This document shows, one piece after another, positions 40,678 to 50,363 of a DNA stretch of 64,000 nt (within the stretch, counting starts at the first letter, position 1; the number at the start of each line of letters is the position of its first letter). This DNA is from Chthoniobacteraceae bacterium (lineage in GTDB: Bacteria > Verrucomicrobiota > Verrucomicrobiia > Chthoniobacterales > Chthoniobacteraceae). Location: the NCBI GenBank assembly GCA_031409655.1, contig JANNXQ010000102.1, positions 1-64,000 on the forward strand, in the 5' to 3' direction. The notes under the pieces are model-generated. The model had not been told where the DNA came from, did no database searches, and saw only the letters and a program-made list of their open reading frames with translations. The translations under genes were made by a program, and so were the position numbers.

Positions 40678-43371
40678 TTAAGGCGCGGCGGCGTTCAGGT
40701 CGAGTCGCACGAAATCGAGCAGCTCTTCGTTACTCATGTCGGTGAGCGCTTTCTCCGCGCCGCTCTGGCCGCCGAGCACGTCATCCGCAAGCGCGCGTTT
40801 GCCGGCGATGAGCGCGTCCACTTTCTCCTCGATCGTTCCGGGGCAGACGAATTTGTGGACGAGCACGTTCTTTTTTTGCCCGATCCGAAAGGCGCGGTCC
40901 GTCGCCTGATTTTCGACGGCGGGATTCCACCACCGATCAAAATGCAGGACCTGGCTCGCGGCCGTGAGGGTGAGCCCGGTGCCGCCCGCTTTCACGGTGA
41001 GGACGAAGAAGGGCGGACCATCCGCGCGCTGGAAATCCTCGACGAGTCGCGCGCGCTGTTTCACCGGCGTGCCGCCGTGGAGCACGAGGCCGGGTCGTCC
41101 GAAGACGGTGGCGAGATGCGCGGCGATCGGCGCGGTGATCTCGCGGAATTGCGTGAAGACGAGGCAGCGCTCCTGCCGCTCGGCCAGCTCGGTGGCGAGC
41201 TCGGTGAGGCGCGCAAATTTTCCGCTGTCCTCCGGCGCATAACGTCCGTCGCCGCTCCAGTGGCTGGGGTGATTGCACACTTGCTTGAACTTCACGAGAT
41301 AGCCGAGGACGAGCCCGCGGCGCACGTTTGGGTCGAGGTCGTCATTGGCGAGATCGGCCTTCAGTTGCTCGACCATCCGGCCGTAGAGCACGGCTTGTTT
41401 TTTGGTCAGTGGGCAGTGTGCGGTCACTTCGGTTTTCTCCGGCAGATCGGCGATGATGCGGCGGTCCGTCTTTAGCCGACGCAGCAGATACGGGGCGATG
41501 AGGCGGCGCAGCGGCGCGTAGCCGTGCGGATGGTTCGGCTCACCGAGTTGCTTCGTCACCCGGGCAAAGTCCGGCGCCTTGCCGAGCAGGCCGGGATTCA
41601 GGAAATCGAAGAGACTCCAGAGATCGCCGAGACGATTTTCGACCGGTGTGCCGGTGAGCGCGAGGCGCGCGCGGGCCTGAAGTTTCTTCACGGCGCGGGC
41701 CTGCGCGGTCGCGGGATTTTTGATCGCCTGCGCTTCATCGAGCACCGCCAGATCCCACGTGTGCTCCTGCAAAAGTTCGCTGCGCTGGAGCAATCCGTAC
41801 GTCGTGAGCAGCGCATCGTAGCCGCGGAGCGCGGTCGCGGGATTGGCGGCGAGGGCATCGAGTTTTTCGCGAGGGATCGCGGAGGGATGCGCGGCGAGGA
41901 TGCTCAGATGCGGCGCAAATTTCGCGAACTCCGCGAGCCAGTTACCGATGAGCGACGCCGGGACGACGAGGATGCTCGGCGGCGCTTCGGTCGCCTCGGC
42001 GTGGCGCAGGCAGAGCAGCGCGATCACCTGCGCGGTCTTGCCGAGGCCCATGTCATCCGCGAGACACGCGCCGAGCCCGAGCCGGCTCACGAAATGCAGC
42101 CAGCCTGCGCCGCGCTTCTGATACGGGCGCAGCTTTGCTTCGAGTCCCGGGATCTTCTCCACATCCGCCGGCTCGCGAAGTTGATCGAGCAGCGCGCGCA
42201 GATTTTTTCCCGCGATCACTTCCGTCCAATCGCGCCCCGTCTCGAGATCGAGCGCTGGCCCACCCTCCGCGCCGAGCGCCGGAAAGCCCGCGAGCCAGCG
42301 CATCCCTTCGTGAAAAGACAGCCCGCCCGCGCTGTGCGCCGTCTGCACTTTCGTCCAGTGATCGAGCACCTGATCGAGCCGCTCGCGATCCACCTCCACC
42401 CACTGCCCGCGCAGATTCACCAGCCCCGTGGGCGACGCGCGGATCAGCTTCCACTCAGCATCCGTGAGCTTCGTGCCATCGAGCGTCACATTCGCCTGGA
42501 AGGCCAGCAGCGCATTCACGCCCACCCCGCCGGCCTTCGCCGCATCCACGGTCACGGAGACCTGTGGCCGCGAGGGTCGCCGGCTTTTCCACCAGTCCGG
42601 CAACTTCACCACGAGTCCACTTTCCTCGAGCTGCGGGATCTCGCGGATGAAGTGATACGCCTCCTGCGGCGTCCAGGCGAGAGCTTGGAAAAGCCGGCGC
42701 GTCTCGAGCAACTCGCGCACCAGCGCGCTCCGCTCCGCCGCCGCGCGCACCGGCGCGAGCAGCGCATCGAGCGCCACCTGATCCTTGCGCGATTGCTGCA
42801 CCTGGAGCGCCCGCCCGAGCGGTGTGTGCTGGAGCGTGCCGGTGGCCGAGAGCTGATCCGTGTAGGTGGCGAGAAAGGCGAAGGGCACCTGCTCGTTCCG
42901 CTTGTTCTCCGCGAGATGGAAGGTGACGCGCCCGACGAGATGCCAGAGCGGACTCCGCGCGCGGAGCCACCCTTCGAGCCCGCCCGCGGCCGCTTCCGCC
43001 GCGACCAGCACGCGCATTTCCTCCCAGAGCCGCAGGAGCAGCGCCTCGCTCAAGTACTCCGCACCGCGCATCGGCGGTGCCTCGGCGATCAAGGCCAGAC
43101 GGGCCTCCGCGGGCGGCGGCTCCACCGTGGCCGGATCACGCGTCTGGCAGAGCCGGGCAAAAAACTGCCGCCCCCACTCCCGCGCCCAGGCCAGCGGCGC
43201 GTCGAGTTCCTCCTTCAGCGCGACCGTCGCAAGATGCAGAACCCCGGCGGCATCACTTTCCGCAAAGGCCGCCCCGAGCGCGCGCGCCGCCTGCTCCCCG
43301 ACGACGAGCCGCGGCTCCGGCGTGCAGCCGAGCGCGGAGTTTTCGGAGGCGGATCCTGATTCATTGGGCAC
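40678..43371 (-). CDS. SNF2-family helicase/ATPase
   Basis: LADDMGLGKT, LDEAQAIKN, TGTPVEN, WWNPAVENQATDRAFRIGQ. Confidence 0.96.
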   Translation of the reverse strand: MPNESGSASENSALGCTPEPRLVVGEQAARALGAAFAESDAAGVLHLATVALKEELDAPLAWAREWGRQFFARLCQTRDPATVEPPPAEARLALIAEAPPMRGAEYLSEALLLRLWEEMRVLVAAEAAAGGLEGWLRARSPLWHLVGRVTFHLAENKRNEQVPFAFLATYTDQLSATGTLQHTPLGRALQVQQSRKDQVALDALLAPVRAAAERSALVRELLETRRLFQALAWTPQEAYHFIREIPQLEESGLVVKLPDWWKSRRPSRPQVSVTVDAAKAGGVGVNALLAFQANVTLDGTKLTDAEWKLIRASPTGLVNLRGQWVEVDRERLDQVLDHWTKVQTAHSAGGLSFHEGMRWLAGFPALGAEGGPALDLETGRDWTEVIAGKNLRALLDQLREPADVEKIPGLEAKLRPYQKRGAGWLHFVSRLGLGACLADDMGLGKTAQVIALLCLRHAEATEAPPSILVVPASLIGNWLAEFAKFAPHLSILAAHPSAIPREKLDALAANPATALRGYDALLTTYGLLQRSELLQEHTWDLAVLDEAQAIKNPATAQARAVKKLQARARLALTGTPVENRLGDLWSLFDFLNPGLLGKAPDFARVTKQLGEPNHPHGYAPLRRLIAPYLLRRLKTDRRIIADLPEKTEVTAHCPLTKKQAVLYGRMVEQLKADLANDDLDPNVRRGLVLGYLVKFKQVCNHPSHWSGDGRYAPEDSGKFARLTELATELAERQERCLVFTQFREITAPIAAHLATVFGRPGLVLHGGTPVKQRARLVEDFQRADGPPFFVLTVKAGGTGLTLTAASQVLHFDRWWNPAVENQATDRAFRIGQKKNVLVHKFVCPGTIEEKVDALIAGKRALADDVLGGQSGAEKALTDMSNEELLDFVRLDLNAAAP

Positions 43372-43413
43372 GGGCGATTTCGCGCCACCGCCCGCCTCGG
43401 CGTCAAGCCGCGC

Positions 43414-44676
43414 CTACTTCACATCAAAGCACGCCGCTTCCTTGGTGCTGCGGACGTAGATGCGGCCATTCGCCAAAACCGGCGTCGTCCAGCATTTCCC
43501 ATCGAGGACCTTCGCACGCGCCACTTCCTTGTACGCTCCGGGCTGCGGGTCGATGAGCACGAGTTCGCCCGCGTCACTCAGGGCGAGAAGTTGTTCGCCC
43601 ACGAGGATGACGTGGCCCGGGCCGAAGCCTTCGCGCTCCCACTTCACCGTGCCGTCCTTGATGTCCACGCACTTCATCGGGCCATTGCCGTATTCCTTAA
43701 ATTGAAAGAGCCCATACATCATCCCGTCCTTCAGGACGGGCGTGCTCCAGTGGTTCGCGAGCGGCTTGTTCCCGCGGAAACGATAGATCTCCGTCGCTTT
43801 GAAGCCGCTGCCTTCCTTGGTGATTTTCACCGCCCCCGCGCCCACGTCGTAACCCGCGGAGCAATAGACGATGTCCCCCGAGACGACCGGCGATGCGGCG
43901 GACGAGATTTTGAAAGGGAAGACGTAACGCCAGAGTTCCTTGCCGGTCTTTGGCTCCACGGCAAGGAGGCCGCTCTGGAGGAAAAAAACGATCTGCGGCT
44001 GGCCGAGGATATTCGTGGCGATGGGCGTCGCGTGGGTGATCTGCTCATCAAAGGCCTTCCACACGACCTTCCCATCCTTCGGGTCGAGCGCGAGCACGCT
44101 CTCGCCCGCACCGCCGCCGGCCACATAGAGCAGGCCGCCCGCGAAAAGCGGCGAGGCCGCATTCTGCCATTTGATATTCCGTCCCGCGTGCTCCTTCATC
44201 AGGTCGCGCTTCCAGACCACTTTGCCATCCGCTGCATTCAGGCAGGTGAGCGCGAGCTGCGAGGACATCACATAGACCTTGTCGCCCACGATCGTCGGCG
44301 TGCTGCGCGGGCCGTCGCCGCCCTTGTTATCCGCCGTGCCCGCGTCGCCACCGCCGTCGTACTTCCCGAAGGCCAGCGGCGCTGCCCACAGTTCCTTGCC
44401 CGTGGCGGCCTCATGCGCCACCACACTCTCCTGCTTCGCACCGTCGATCTCCTTCAGGCTCAGCGTAAAAGCACGATTGCCCGCGACCGCAAAGGAGCTG
44501 TAGCCACCCTCGCTCGGCACTTTCCAGACCTGCTTCGGTGCCCCGCTACTCCAGGGCTTGCCGATCTTCTCGGCGGTCACGCCGTTGGTCAGCGTTCCGC
44601 GATATTGCGGCCATTCGAGAGCTTGGGCGGTGACGGTGGTGAGGATGCAGGCGGCGAGGATGCGAGGGGTGGTCAT
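43414..44676 (-). CDS. PQQ-like beta-propeller secreted protein
   Basis: Signal peptide, WPQYRG, GPRSTP, repeated G...W blades. Confidence 0.88.
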   Translation of the reverse strand: MTTPRILAACILTTVTAQALEWPQYRGTLTNGVTAEKIGKPWSSGAPKQVWKVPSEGGYSSFAVAGNRAFTLSLKEIDGAKQESVVAHEAATGKELWAAPLAFGKYDGGGDAGTADNKGGDGPRSTPTIVGDKVYVMSSQLALTCLNAADGKVVWKRDLMKEHAGRNIKWQNAASPLFAGGLLYVAGGGAGESVLALDPKDGKVVWKAFDEQITHATPIATNILGQPQIVFFLQSGLLAVEPKTGKELWRYVFPFKISSAASPVVSGDIVYCSAGYDVGAGAVKITKEGSGFKATEIYRFRGNKPLANHWSTPVLKDGMMYGLFQFKEYGNGPMKCVDIKDGTVKWEREGFGPGHVILVGEQLLALSDAGELVLIDPQPGAYKEVARAKVLDGKCWTTPVLANGRIYVRSTKEAACFDVK

Positions 44677-44705
44677 GGGATGATGAAGAGGAGGAGGATG
44701 AAAAC

Positions 44706-45344
44706 TCAGGAAGCCGGGATGAGCAGCAGCTCGTCGAAGCGGATGAGCGTGCCGGAAAACGGGCTGCCCCAGATCCCCGCGCGGCCCGCAGGCGGCTCCT
44801 CTTTCACCGCAAAAGTGATCGTCCATGCCGTCGGCTCAGGCGAGCCAGCAGGCCAGGCTTTCCCCTCCACCACCCACCCCTCGCCCGCTTTGCGCGTCTG
44901 GATGCGCAGGCTCGTCCAGGAGCCATCGGTCCAGGCAAAAGGCACGCTCTGCCGGCCTTCGTCGCCCTGGAAAATTTCCAGCGCCTTCTTGGCCCCACTG
45001 ACTTGCAGACGATAGCCCCCCACCCCGCCGAGGCTCACCCCGAAGCTCGGATACTTGCGCCCCACTTTCGTCCCGAAAAAGCGCGCACTCGCCGAGACCC
45101 CGGCCTTCTGCGAAGTGCCGAAGAGCAGGCCATACGTGTCGAGTGGGTCGCCCGGCAGTTCGAGCACTCTGCCGTCCTTCTCCTGCTTCACCTTAAAATC
45201 CCCAGCCGTGATCAGCATCCCCGCCGGCTCCTTATCCACCTCCGCGGAGTCAAAGCTCTCCTGAAAGATCGGCGCCTCCGCCGCCTCGAGCACCGCGATC
45301 GGCAGGAGGACAAAGAGCGAGAGCAAAGGTCGGAGGGCAATCAT
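44706..45344 (-). CDS. Secreted hypothetical protein, ConA/beta-sandwich-like
   Basis: Signal peptide; KAWPAGSPEPTAW...GRAGIWG...IRFD. Confidence 0.75.
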   Translation of the reverse strand: MIALRPLLSLFVLLPIAVLEAAEAPIFQESFDSAEVDKEPAGMLITAGDFKVKQEKDGRVLELPGDPLDTYGLLFGTSQKAGVSASARFFGTKVGRKYPSFGVSLGGVGGYRLQVSGAKKALEIFQGDEGRQSVPFAWTDGSWTSLRIQTRKAGEGWVVEGKAWPAGSPEPTAWTITFAVKEEPPAGRAGIWGSPFSGTLIRFDELLLIPAS

Positions 45345-45639
45345 GCGAGGGACGAAGACGGAATAACGCGGAGGGTCGGATGTCGAGACCGTTCACACGG
45401 GCGCAGTATTAGAGACTGTCCTGCACTTTCTCGACGCAGAGGCAGCGAGTTCCATGATACCCTGCGGCCAGCGTGCCGATCAGGACCGGGAGGTATCGCC
45501 GGGCATCCTCGCAGCGCCCGTTGGAATAGATGCCGTCGGCCCCCCCGAAGACGCAGGCCTGGCTCCGCAGATCGCGCCCCTTCCAATCCCCAAACTCCTG
45601 CGGCCAGACTTGCTTGCCGCGCACGGCACCCCGGCCAGT

Positions 45640-45775
45640 CTATTTCTCCTTGCCCGTCGCGAACGTCCGCACATAGTAGCGCTCGTTTCGATGCTTATTG
45701 AGAATTTGAACACTCGTCGGACTCCAGACAGTCTGTTTTTTAACGGTCGTTTGCGGGGCTTGCAGGCGGATCATA
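45640..45775 (-). pseudogene. Possible relic of a tyrosine-integrase N-terminal arm-binding region
   Basis: WSPTSVQILNKHRNERYYVRTFATGKEK* next to a tRNA; resemblance recalled, not searched. Confidence 0.4.
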
Positions 45776-45827
45776 AAAACGCCAAACGCAAGTGCCCGCC
45801 TCATACTTGAGTCTTTATAAATGAATA

Positions 45828-45919
45828 GGAAGGGTGGCTGAGTCCGGTCTAAGGCACTCGACTCGAAATCGAGCGTGCTGTAAAAGGCACCGTGGGTTCG
45901 AATCCCACCCCTTCCGCCA
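45828..45919 (+). tRNA. tRNA-Ser(CGA)
   Basis: GGAAGGG/CCCTTCC acceptor stem, CTCGA-CTCGAAA-TCGAG anticodon arm, long variable arm, GGTTCGAATCC, encoded CCA. Confidence 0.97.
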
Positions 45920-46012
45920 TTTTCACAATACGCTGAAAATGAAGGATATGCAGGAAATGGCGCAACGCGGAATTTAGATAGTGACAACATAAGCACCAAC
46001 GTCGAAATCTCC

Positions 46013-47275
46013 TCACTGCTGGCGATCGAGGTATTCTTTGAGGCTTTGCCAGACGATCAGCCGGGTGCCTTTGCCGCCTTCGCGCTTGCGCAGGCACTTG
46101 CTTTCCACCGGTGGACGATACGAATTTCGCTCTGTCGGAAGGATTAATTCGTTGAGCGCGGAGCGCGTCATCCCGGTGCGGGAACAACGCTGACCGGCCT
46201 TCGGGAGGCGCAGGTAGAGAGGCTCGTCGCCTGCCGCTTCACTCGGCGATCGCGAATTTGTTGGCCCCGGAGAATGTTGGGCCTTCGCTCTTCTTTCAGA
46301 GGGATCTCTGAATTTGTAGGAGAACTCGATTTCGTCTTGCGCGACGACAATTCGGCCAACGAATGAGCGGGCGATCTCACTTCGGATTTTCGCCGGCATG
46401 TCAGGCCAGCGCTTCCGCAGCGCAGTTGGATCGAACGGGGTCTCGCTTTGCTCAGCCGCTGGCTTTGCTTGCAGTCGCGTCAGCCGGGCTTTGATGGTTC
46501 CGAGTTCACGCTGGACGGTTCGGCGCTGGTCTTCGAGGGGCCGGTGGAGTTGCTCGAAGCGCTCGACGGATATCCGATTGTCCATGTAGAGGCGCTCGGT
46601 CTTCGCGATTTCCTCGTCGATGACTCGGGCTTTTTCTTCCGTGCGCAGCAAGATCTGGCGTTGCGCTGCGAGATCGGGGTCACCCGAGATGATCTCCGCC
46701 GCAGTGTGCCTGCGCGTATGCAGGAAACTCGTGACCTCATCGAGGAACGCGGTTTCGAGATCGGCCATCGGAATGCGATTGCCGCATTGCGCGCAGACAT
46801 ATTTGGCGGACGAACTCGCGGCATTCATCCGCGCTCCGCAGCCGCAAAAAAGAAGGCCCGTGAAGGCGTGAGATCCGGTCGCGGCTGACGGCGCAGATGG
46901 GGCCTCGCTCGCAAGCGCCGCTTGCACCTTTTTCCAAAGTTCCTCGGTGACGATCCGTGGACACGGAATGAACTCCCACTCGTCCTGCGGCTTCTCGATC
47001 CGCTCGCCAGTGCTGTTGAGGACCGTCTTGTTGACCGCGTAGAGCCCATTGGCTGATGGGCACGACAAAAGCCGGGCCACCGTCACATCGCGCCACTCGC
47101 TCTCACGCCGTGTCCGGTAACCGAGTGCGTTGAGGCGCTTGGCGACGGTCGCTTTGTTCTGAAGATCAGCGAACAGCTCGAACGCGAGCCGCCGGATTCG
47201 CGCCTCCACTTCCACGACACAGAGCGCATCCTCTTTCCACTCAAACCCAAAGGGAGCCTGGCCGGGATGCCTCAT
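46013..47275 (-). CDS. Large serine recombinase C-terminal domains (no catalytic domain) fused to an Xis/HTH-like tail
   Basis: GQAPFGF, recombinase domain, FTGLLFCGCG...CAQC zinc ribbon, coiled coil, FVGRIVV; tail YLRLPKAGQRCSRTGMTRSALNELI. Confidence 0.8.
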   Translation of the reverse strand: MRHPGQAPFGFEWKEDALCVVEVEARIRRLAFELFADLQNKATVAKRLNALGYRTRRESEWRDVTVARLLSCPSANGLYAVNKTVLNSTGERIEKPQDEWEFIPCPRIVTEELWKKVQAALASEAPSAPSAATGSHAFTGLLFCGCGARMNAASSSAKYVCAQCGNRIPMADLETAFLDEVTSFLHTRRHTAAEIISGDPDLAAQRQILLRTEEKARVIDEEIAKTERLYMDNRISVERFEQLHRPLEDQRRTVQRELGTIKARLTRLQAKPAAEQSETPFDPTALRKRWPDMPAKIRSEIARSFVGRIVVAQDEIEFSYKFRDPSERRAKAQHSPGPTNSRSPSEAAGDEPLYLRLPKAGQRCSRTGMTRSALNELILPTERNSYRPPVESKCLRKREGGKGTRLIVWQSLKEYLDRQQ

Positions 47276-47279
47276 CGGT

Positions 47280-50200
47280 TCATTCGCCCCGGAGCGCCCG
47301 GCGGATGGCATGGAGAATTTCGTCCTCCGCGGCCGGTGCCCGGTCGTCCGCGGCGGGCTCCGAATACTTGCGTTTGATTTTGTAACCACCACTGCGCGGA
47401 CCGGTGGAATCGGAGCCCTGCGCGTGGCGCGTCAGCCGCTTGAGCACCGAGCTGAAGCGGCCTGGCAGGCAGACGTGAATGCGAGCCACCTCCTCGGCGC
47501 TCAGATTGGCCTGAATCGCCCGCGCCATCTCCACGACGGAGTCCTTCGTCGTTCCAACGGCGATAACCGCTTCGTAGCCGGCGGCAAAGCACATCCGGAA
47601 CTTCGCCGCTTCGTAGTCGGCTTGGGTTGTCACCGAAATTTCGCAGGCAATTTTCTGCCCGTCGCGTTCGAGCGAAACGTCCACGATACCCGCGCCGCCG
47701 AGAACTTCCTTTTCAGTCTCTGCGCGGAAGCCAAGTTTTTCGGCAGACTCCTTGATGTCTTGCTGAATCGCGGTGTGTTCAGGCCCGCCGCGCCCGAATC
47801 CGAGTCGCGATTTCGGAATCGCAGGCAGCTCTTCCACAGCAAGCGGTGGCGGTGCATTCGCTGGCATTGCGGCTCCGGCATCAGCGGCTGCTTCGGGAGG
47901 TTGCGGAGGCGCCGTTTCCGCAACCGTCCGTGGCTCCGCCATTTCGCGCGCGACAGGTGCGGCCTTTCGCGTCGTGGGCTCGGGCTCTTGCCGTCGCATT
48001 CTGGCCAGCAGTTCCGCCTCGACCTCGCTTCTCGGTCGCGCGTAGCGAGCATGAGATGCGCGGATCGCCGCTTCGCGAGCGCCGGGGATTTCGACTTCGC
48101 CGTAGGCGTCAGACTCTGGCACGCCGAGATTGAAATCCGCTTCGCTGCGACCCACCCGGCAGATGGCCTCGCCGACGCCGAGATTTTGGAGATCCGCTGC
48201 GGCGAAGTGCGCGAAGCCGGATTCCAGTTCGCGGGCATCGCGATCACTGACGCGGAAGACGACGCGCGTGCAGCAGTTCGCAAGCACGGCACTCGCCACG
48301 TCGCGGTCGGCGTCGAGTTGATGAAGCTCCTGATGGGCGAGGACCAGGCCCACGCGATACTTGCGGGCACCGGTCAGGATCTCCGCCATCGACGGCGTGA
48401 TGAAGTAGTGGAACTCGTCCAGATAGACCCAGAAATCCCGCCGCTCGGATTCCTGTATCCGCTGCCGGCTCATCGCCATCTGCTGGATCTTCGACACGAT
48501 CACGGAGCCGAGAAGATTCGCGTTCTCCCGTCCGAGTTGTCCCTGCGCCAGCTTCACGAGCAGGATTTTTCCACGGTCGAGGATTTCGCCAAAATCGAGC
48601 CGATTCTCCTGCTGCGAGACCATGTAGCGGATCGGCTTTCGGCTGAGAAATTCATCGAGCCGTGTCTGGACGGGACCAATGGATTTGTTGCCAGTGAGTT
48701 GGGGAAACGCGCGCTCCCAATAGAAGACCACATCCGGATCGGTGACGGTGGTCAGGAATTCCTTCCGATACGCGGGATCGAGCAGGAAATAGCGGAGATC
48801 GGCGAGCGTGCCGCCGCGTGAGCTTTCAAGAAAAGCGAGGATCGCATTGCGCAGCACCGAATTCATCTGCTCGCCCCAACTGGTCGAGAGCCGTCGAAAC
48901 ACCGACACGAGATCGGAGGCGAGCAGGTTGCGCTCAAAGTCGGAATGCGCGGCAAGGATGTTGAATCCCACGACGTGCGCTTCGTCGGACGGATCGACGA
49001 GCACCACATCGTCGCGTCGTTCCGGCGGAATGATGCCGAGCACGCGGTCCACGAGGTCTCCGTGCGGATCGAGCACCGCGACACCCTGGCCTTGGTCGAT
49101 GTCCTGGCGGATCAGATTGAAGAGCAGCGTGCTCTTTCCGGTGCCGGACGCACCGACGAGGTGCATGTGGCGCACGCGGTGTTCTGGGGTGAGCCATACG
49201 GGTTCCATGCGTCCGGCATGGAGGTTTGCTCCGAGCAGGAGTGAACCTCGATGCCGCAGTTCCTCCGGCACGGGATGGGATCGGGCCGTGTCGCGACGCA
49301 GGCGGCGCGAGACGGCCGCGGTGGGGAAGGCCAGCAGGGAAGTCAGCTCCGCGGCATTGAGCAGCATCCCAGTGCGCCGCGAGGCGCGCAGAAGGATGTC
49401 TTCCTCATGATCTCCCGCGTCGTAGCCTTCGTTGGACAACGGGATGAAGTAGTTCGACCCGCGCTTGGCCAACGCACTGAAGGGCGCGGCCAACTCCCGA
49501 ACGATGTCCCAGCACCGCCGGAGATCTTCGGCGCTCGCCACGAGCCTCACGACCACGGCAAGAAAAGCGGAGGTCAATTTGCGTTCGGTCCCGGCGATGA
49601 GTTCCGGACGGTTGATGAAAATAGGTTTGCCGTCTGCGTATTGCAGCGCTGGTGCGAGGTTCTCTTCCCACGGGTTTTGCGCCGGCTCGATGAGCACTTG
49701 ATACAGGCCAAGCTCGCCGTCGCGTAGCCCTTCGAGCGCGTTCACGACGCCGTTCAAGATGGAAGCGCTCGTTTCTCCGAGCGGCAGCATGAATTCCTGT
49801 CCGAGCGCGAGTTCGATGGCCGCAAAATGCGGCGCACTCTCCGACCACTCCCGGTGCAAATTCTTCGTCGCGGGTAGCGCCGTGATGCCTGGGAAGAACT
49901 GCGGGAGCGCCCGTTCGATGCGCTCCAGAGAATCCGCCGACGCCACAAACTGCGGCACGATCTCGCGGGACGTGCCGAGCAATTCAAAAATAAGCGGCTC
50001 GTTGAGTCGGAGGACTTGATGAAAGAACGGCTCGTAGGCGGCATCCGGGAAAGGCTTCACCTCCGGCAACGTGAGTTGCAGCTCCGCGTATTCCTCGGGG
50101 TCGCGATAGAACGGCCCCTCCTCCTCGATCTTTGGCTTCTCGGGGCGCGGTGCGGGCGGTGGCGCGGTCAAGCCACTCCAGAACCGACTCAAGACGGTGG

Positions 50201-50360
50201 AGCGGCGACCGTCATCCACGGCTGGCTGCGAAAGATCGTAGCCGGGGAAGGGCAGGAAGGGCGGCTCCAAGGACACGGGCCGGTCGAAGAGCCGTCCGCC
50301 GCGTCCACGCATCTCCCATTCGAGAAACTGCCGGCTGATCCATTCGTCCAGCTTGCTCAT
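47280..50360 (-). CDS. VirD4/TraD-HerA-like ATPase with C-terminal PD-(D/E)XK-like domain
   Basis: HMHLVGASGTGKS, LDPHGDL, YLDEFH, ARKY...LAHQ...Q; C-terminal EH...VDVSLERDGQKIACEIS. Confidence 0.88.
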   Translation of the reverse strand: MSKLDEWISRQFLEWEMRGRGGRLFDRPVSLEPPFLPFPGYDLSQPAVDDGRRSTVLSRFWSGLTAPPPAPRPEKPKIEEEGPFYRDPEEYAELQLTLPEVKPFPDAAYEPFFHQVLRLNEPLIFELLGTSREIVPQFVASADSLERIERALPQFFPGITALPATKNLHREWSESAPHFAAIELALGQEFMLPLGETSASILNGVVNALEGLRDGELGLYQVLIEPAQNPWEENLAPALQYADGKPIFINRPELIAGTERKLTSAFLAVVVRLVASAEDLRRCWDIVRELAAPFSALAKRGSNYFIPLSNEGYDAGDHEEDILLRASRRTGMLLNAAELTSLLAFPTAAVSRRLRRDTARSHPVPEELRHRGSLLLGANLHAGRMEPVWLTPEHRVRHMHLVGASGTGKSTLLFNLIRQDIDQGQGVAVLDPHGDLVDRVLGIIPPERRDDVVLVDPSDEAHVVGFNILAAHSDFERNLLASDLVSVFRRLSTSWGEQMNSVLRNAILAFLESSRGGTLADLRYFLLDPAYRKEFLTTVTDPDVVFYWERAFPQLTGNKSIGPVQTRLDEFLSRKPIRYMVSQQENRLDFGEILDRGKILLVKLAQGQLGRENANLLGSVIVSKIQQMAMSRQRIQESERRDFWVYLDEFHYFITPSMAEILTGARKYRVGLVLAHQELHQLDADRDVASAVLANCCTRVVFRVSDRDARELESGFAHFAAADLQNLGVGEAICRVGRSEADFNLGVPESDAYGEVEIPGAREAAIRASHARYARPRSEVEAELLARMRRQEPEPTTRKAAPVAREMAEPRTVAETAPPQPPEAAADAGAAMPANAPPPLAVEELPAIPKSRLGFGRGGPEHTAIQQDIKESAEKLGFRAETEKEVLGGAGIVDVSLERDGQKIACEISVTTQADYEAAKFRMCFAAGYEAVIAVGTTKDSVVEMARAIQANLSAEEVARIHVCLPGRFSSVLKRLTRHAQGSDSTGPRSGGYKIKRKYSEPAADDRAPAAEDEILHAIRRALRGE

Positions 50361-50363
50361 GCG

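Noticed and set aside
45895..45919. att direct repeat of the tRNA-Ser 3' end
   Set aside because: No second copy was noticed within the window, so the island boundary cannot be confirmed
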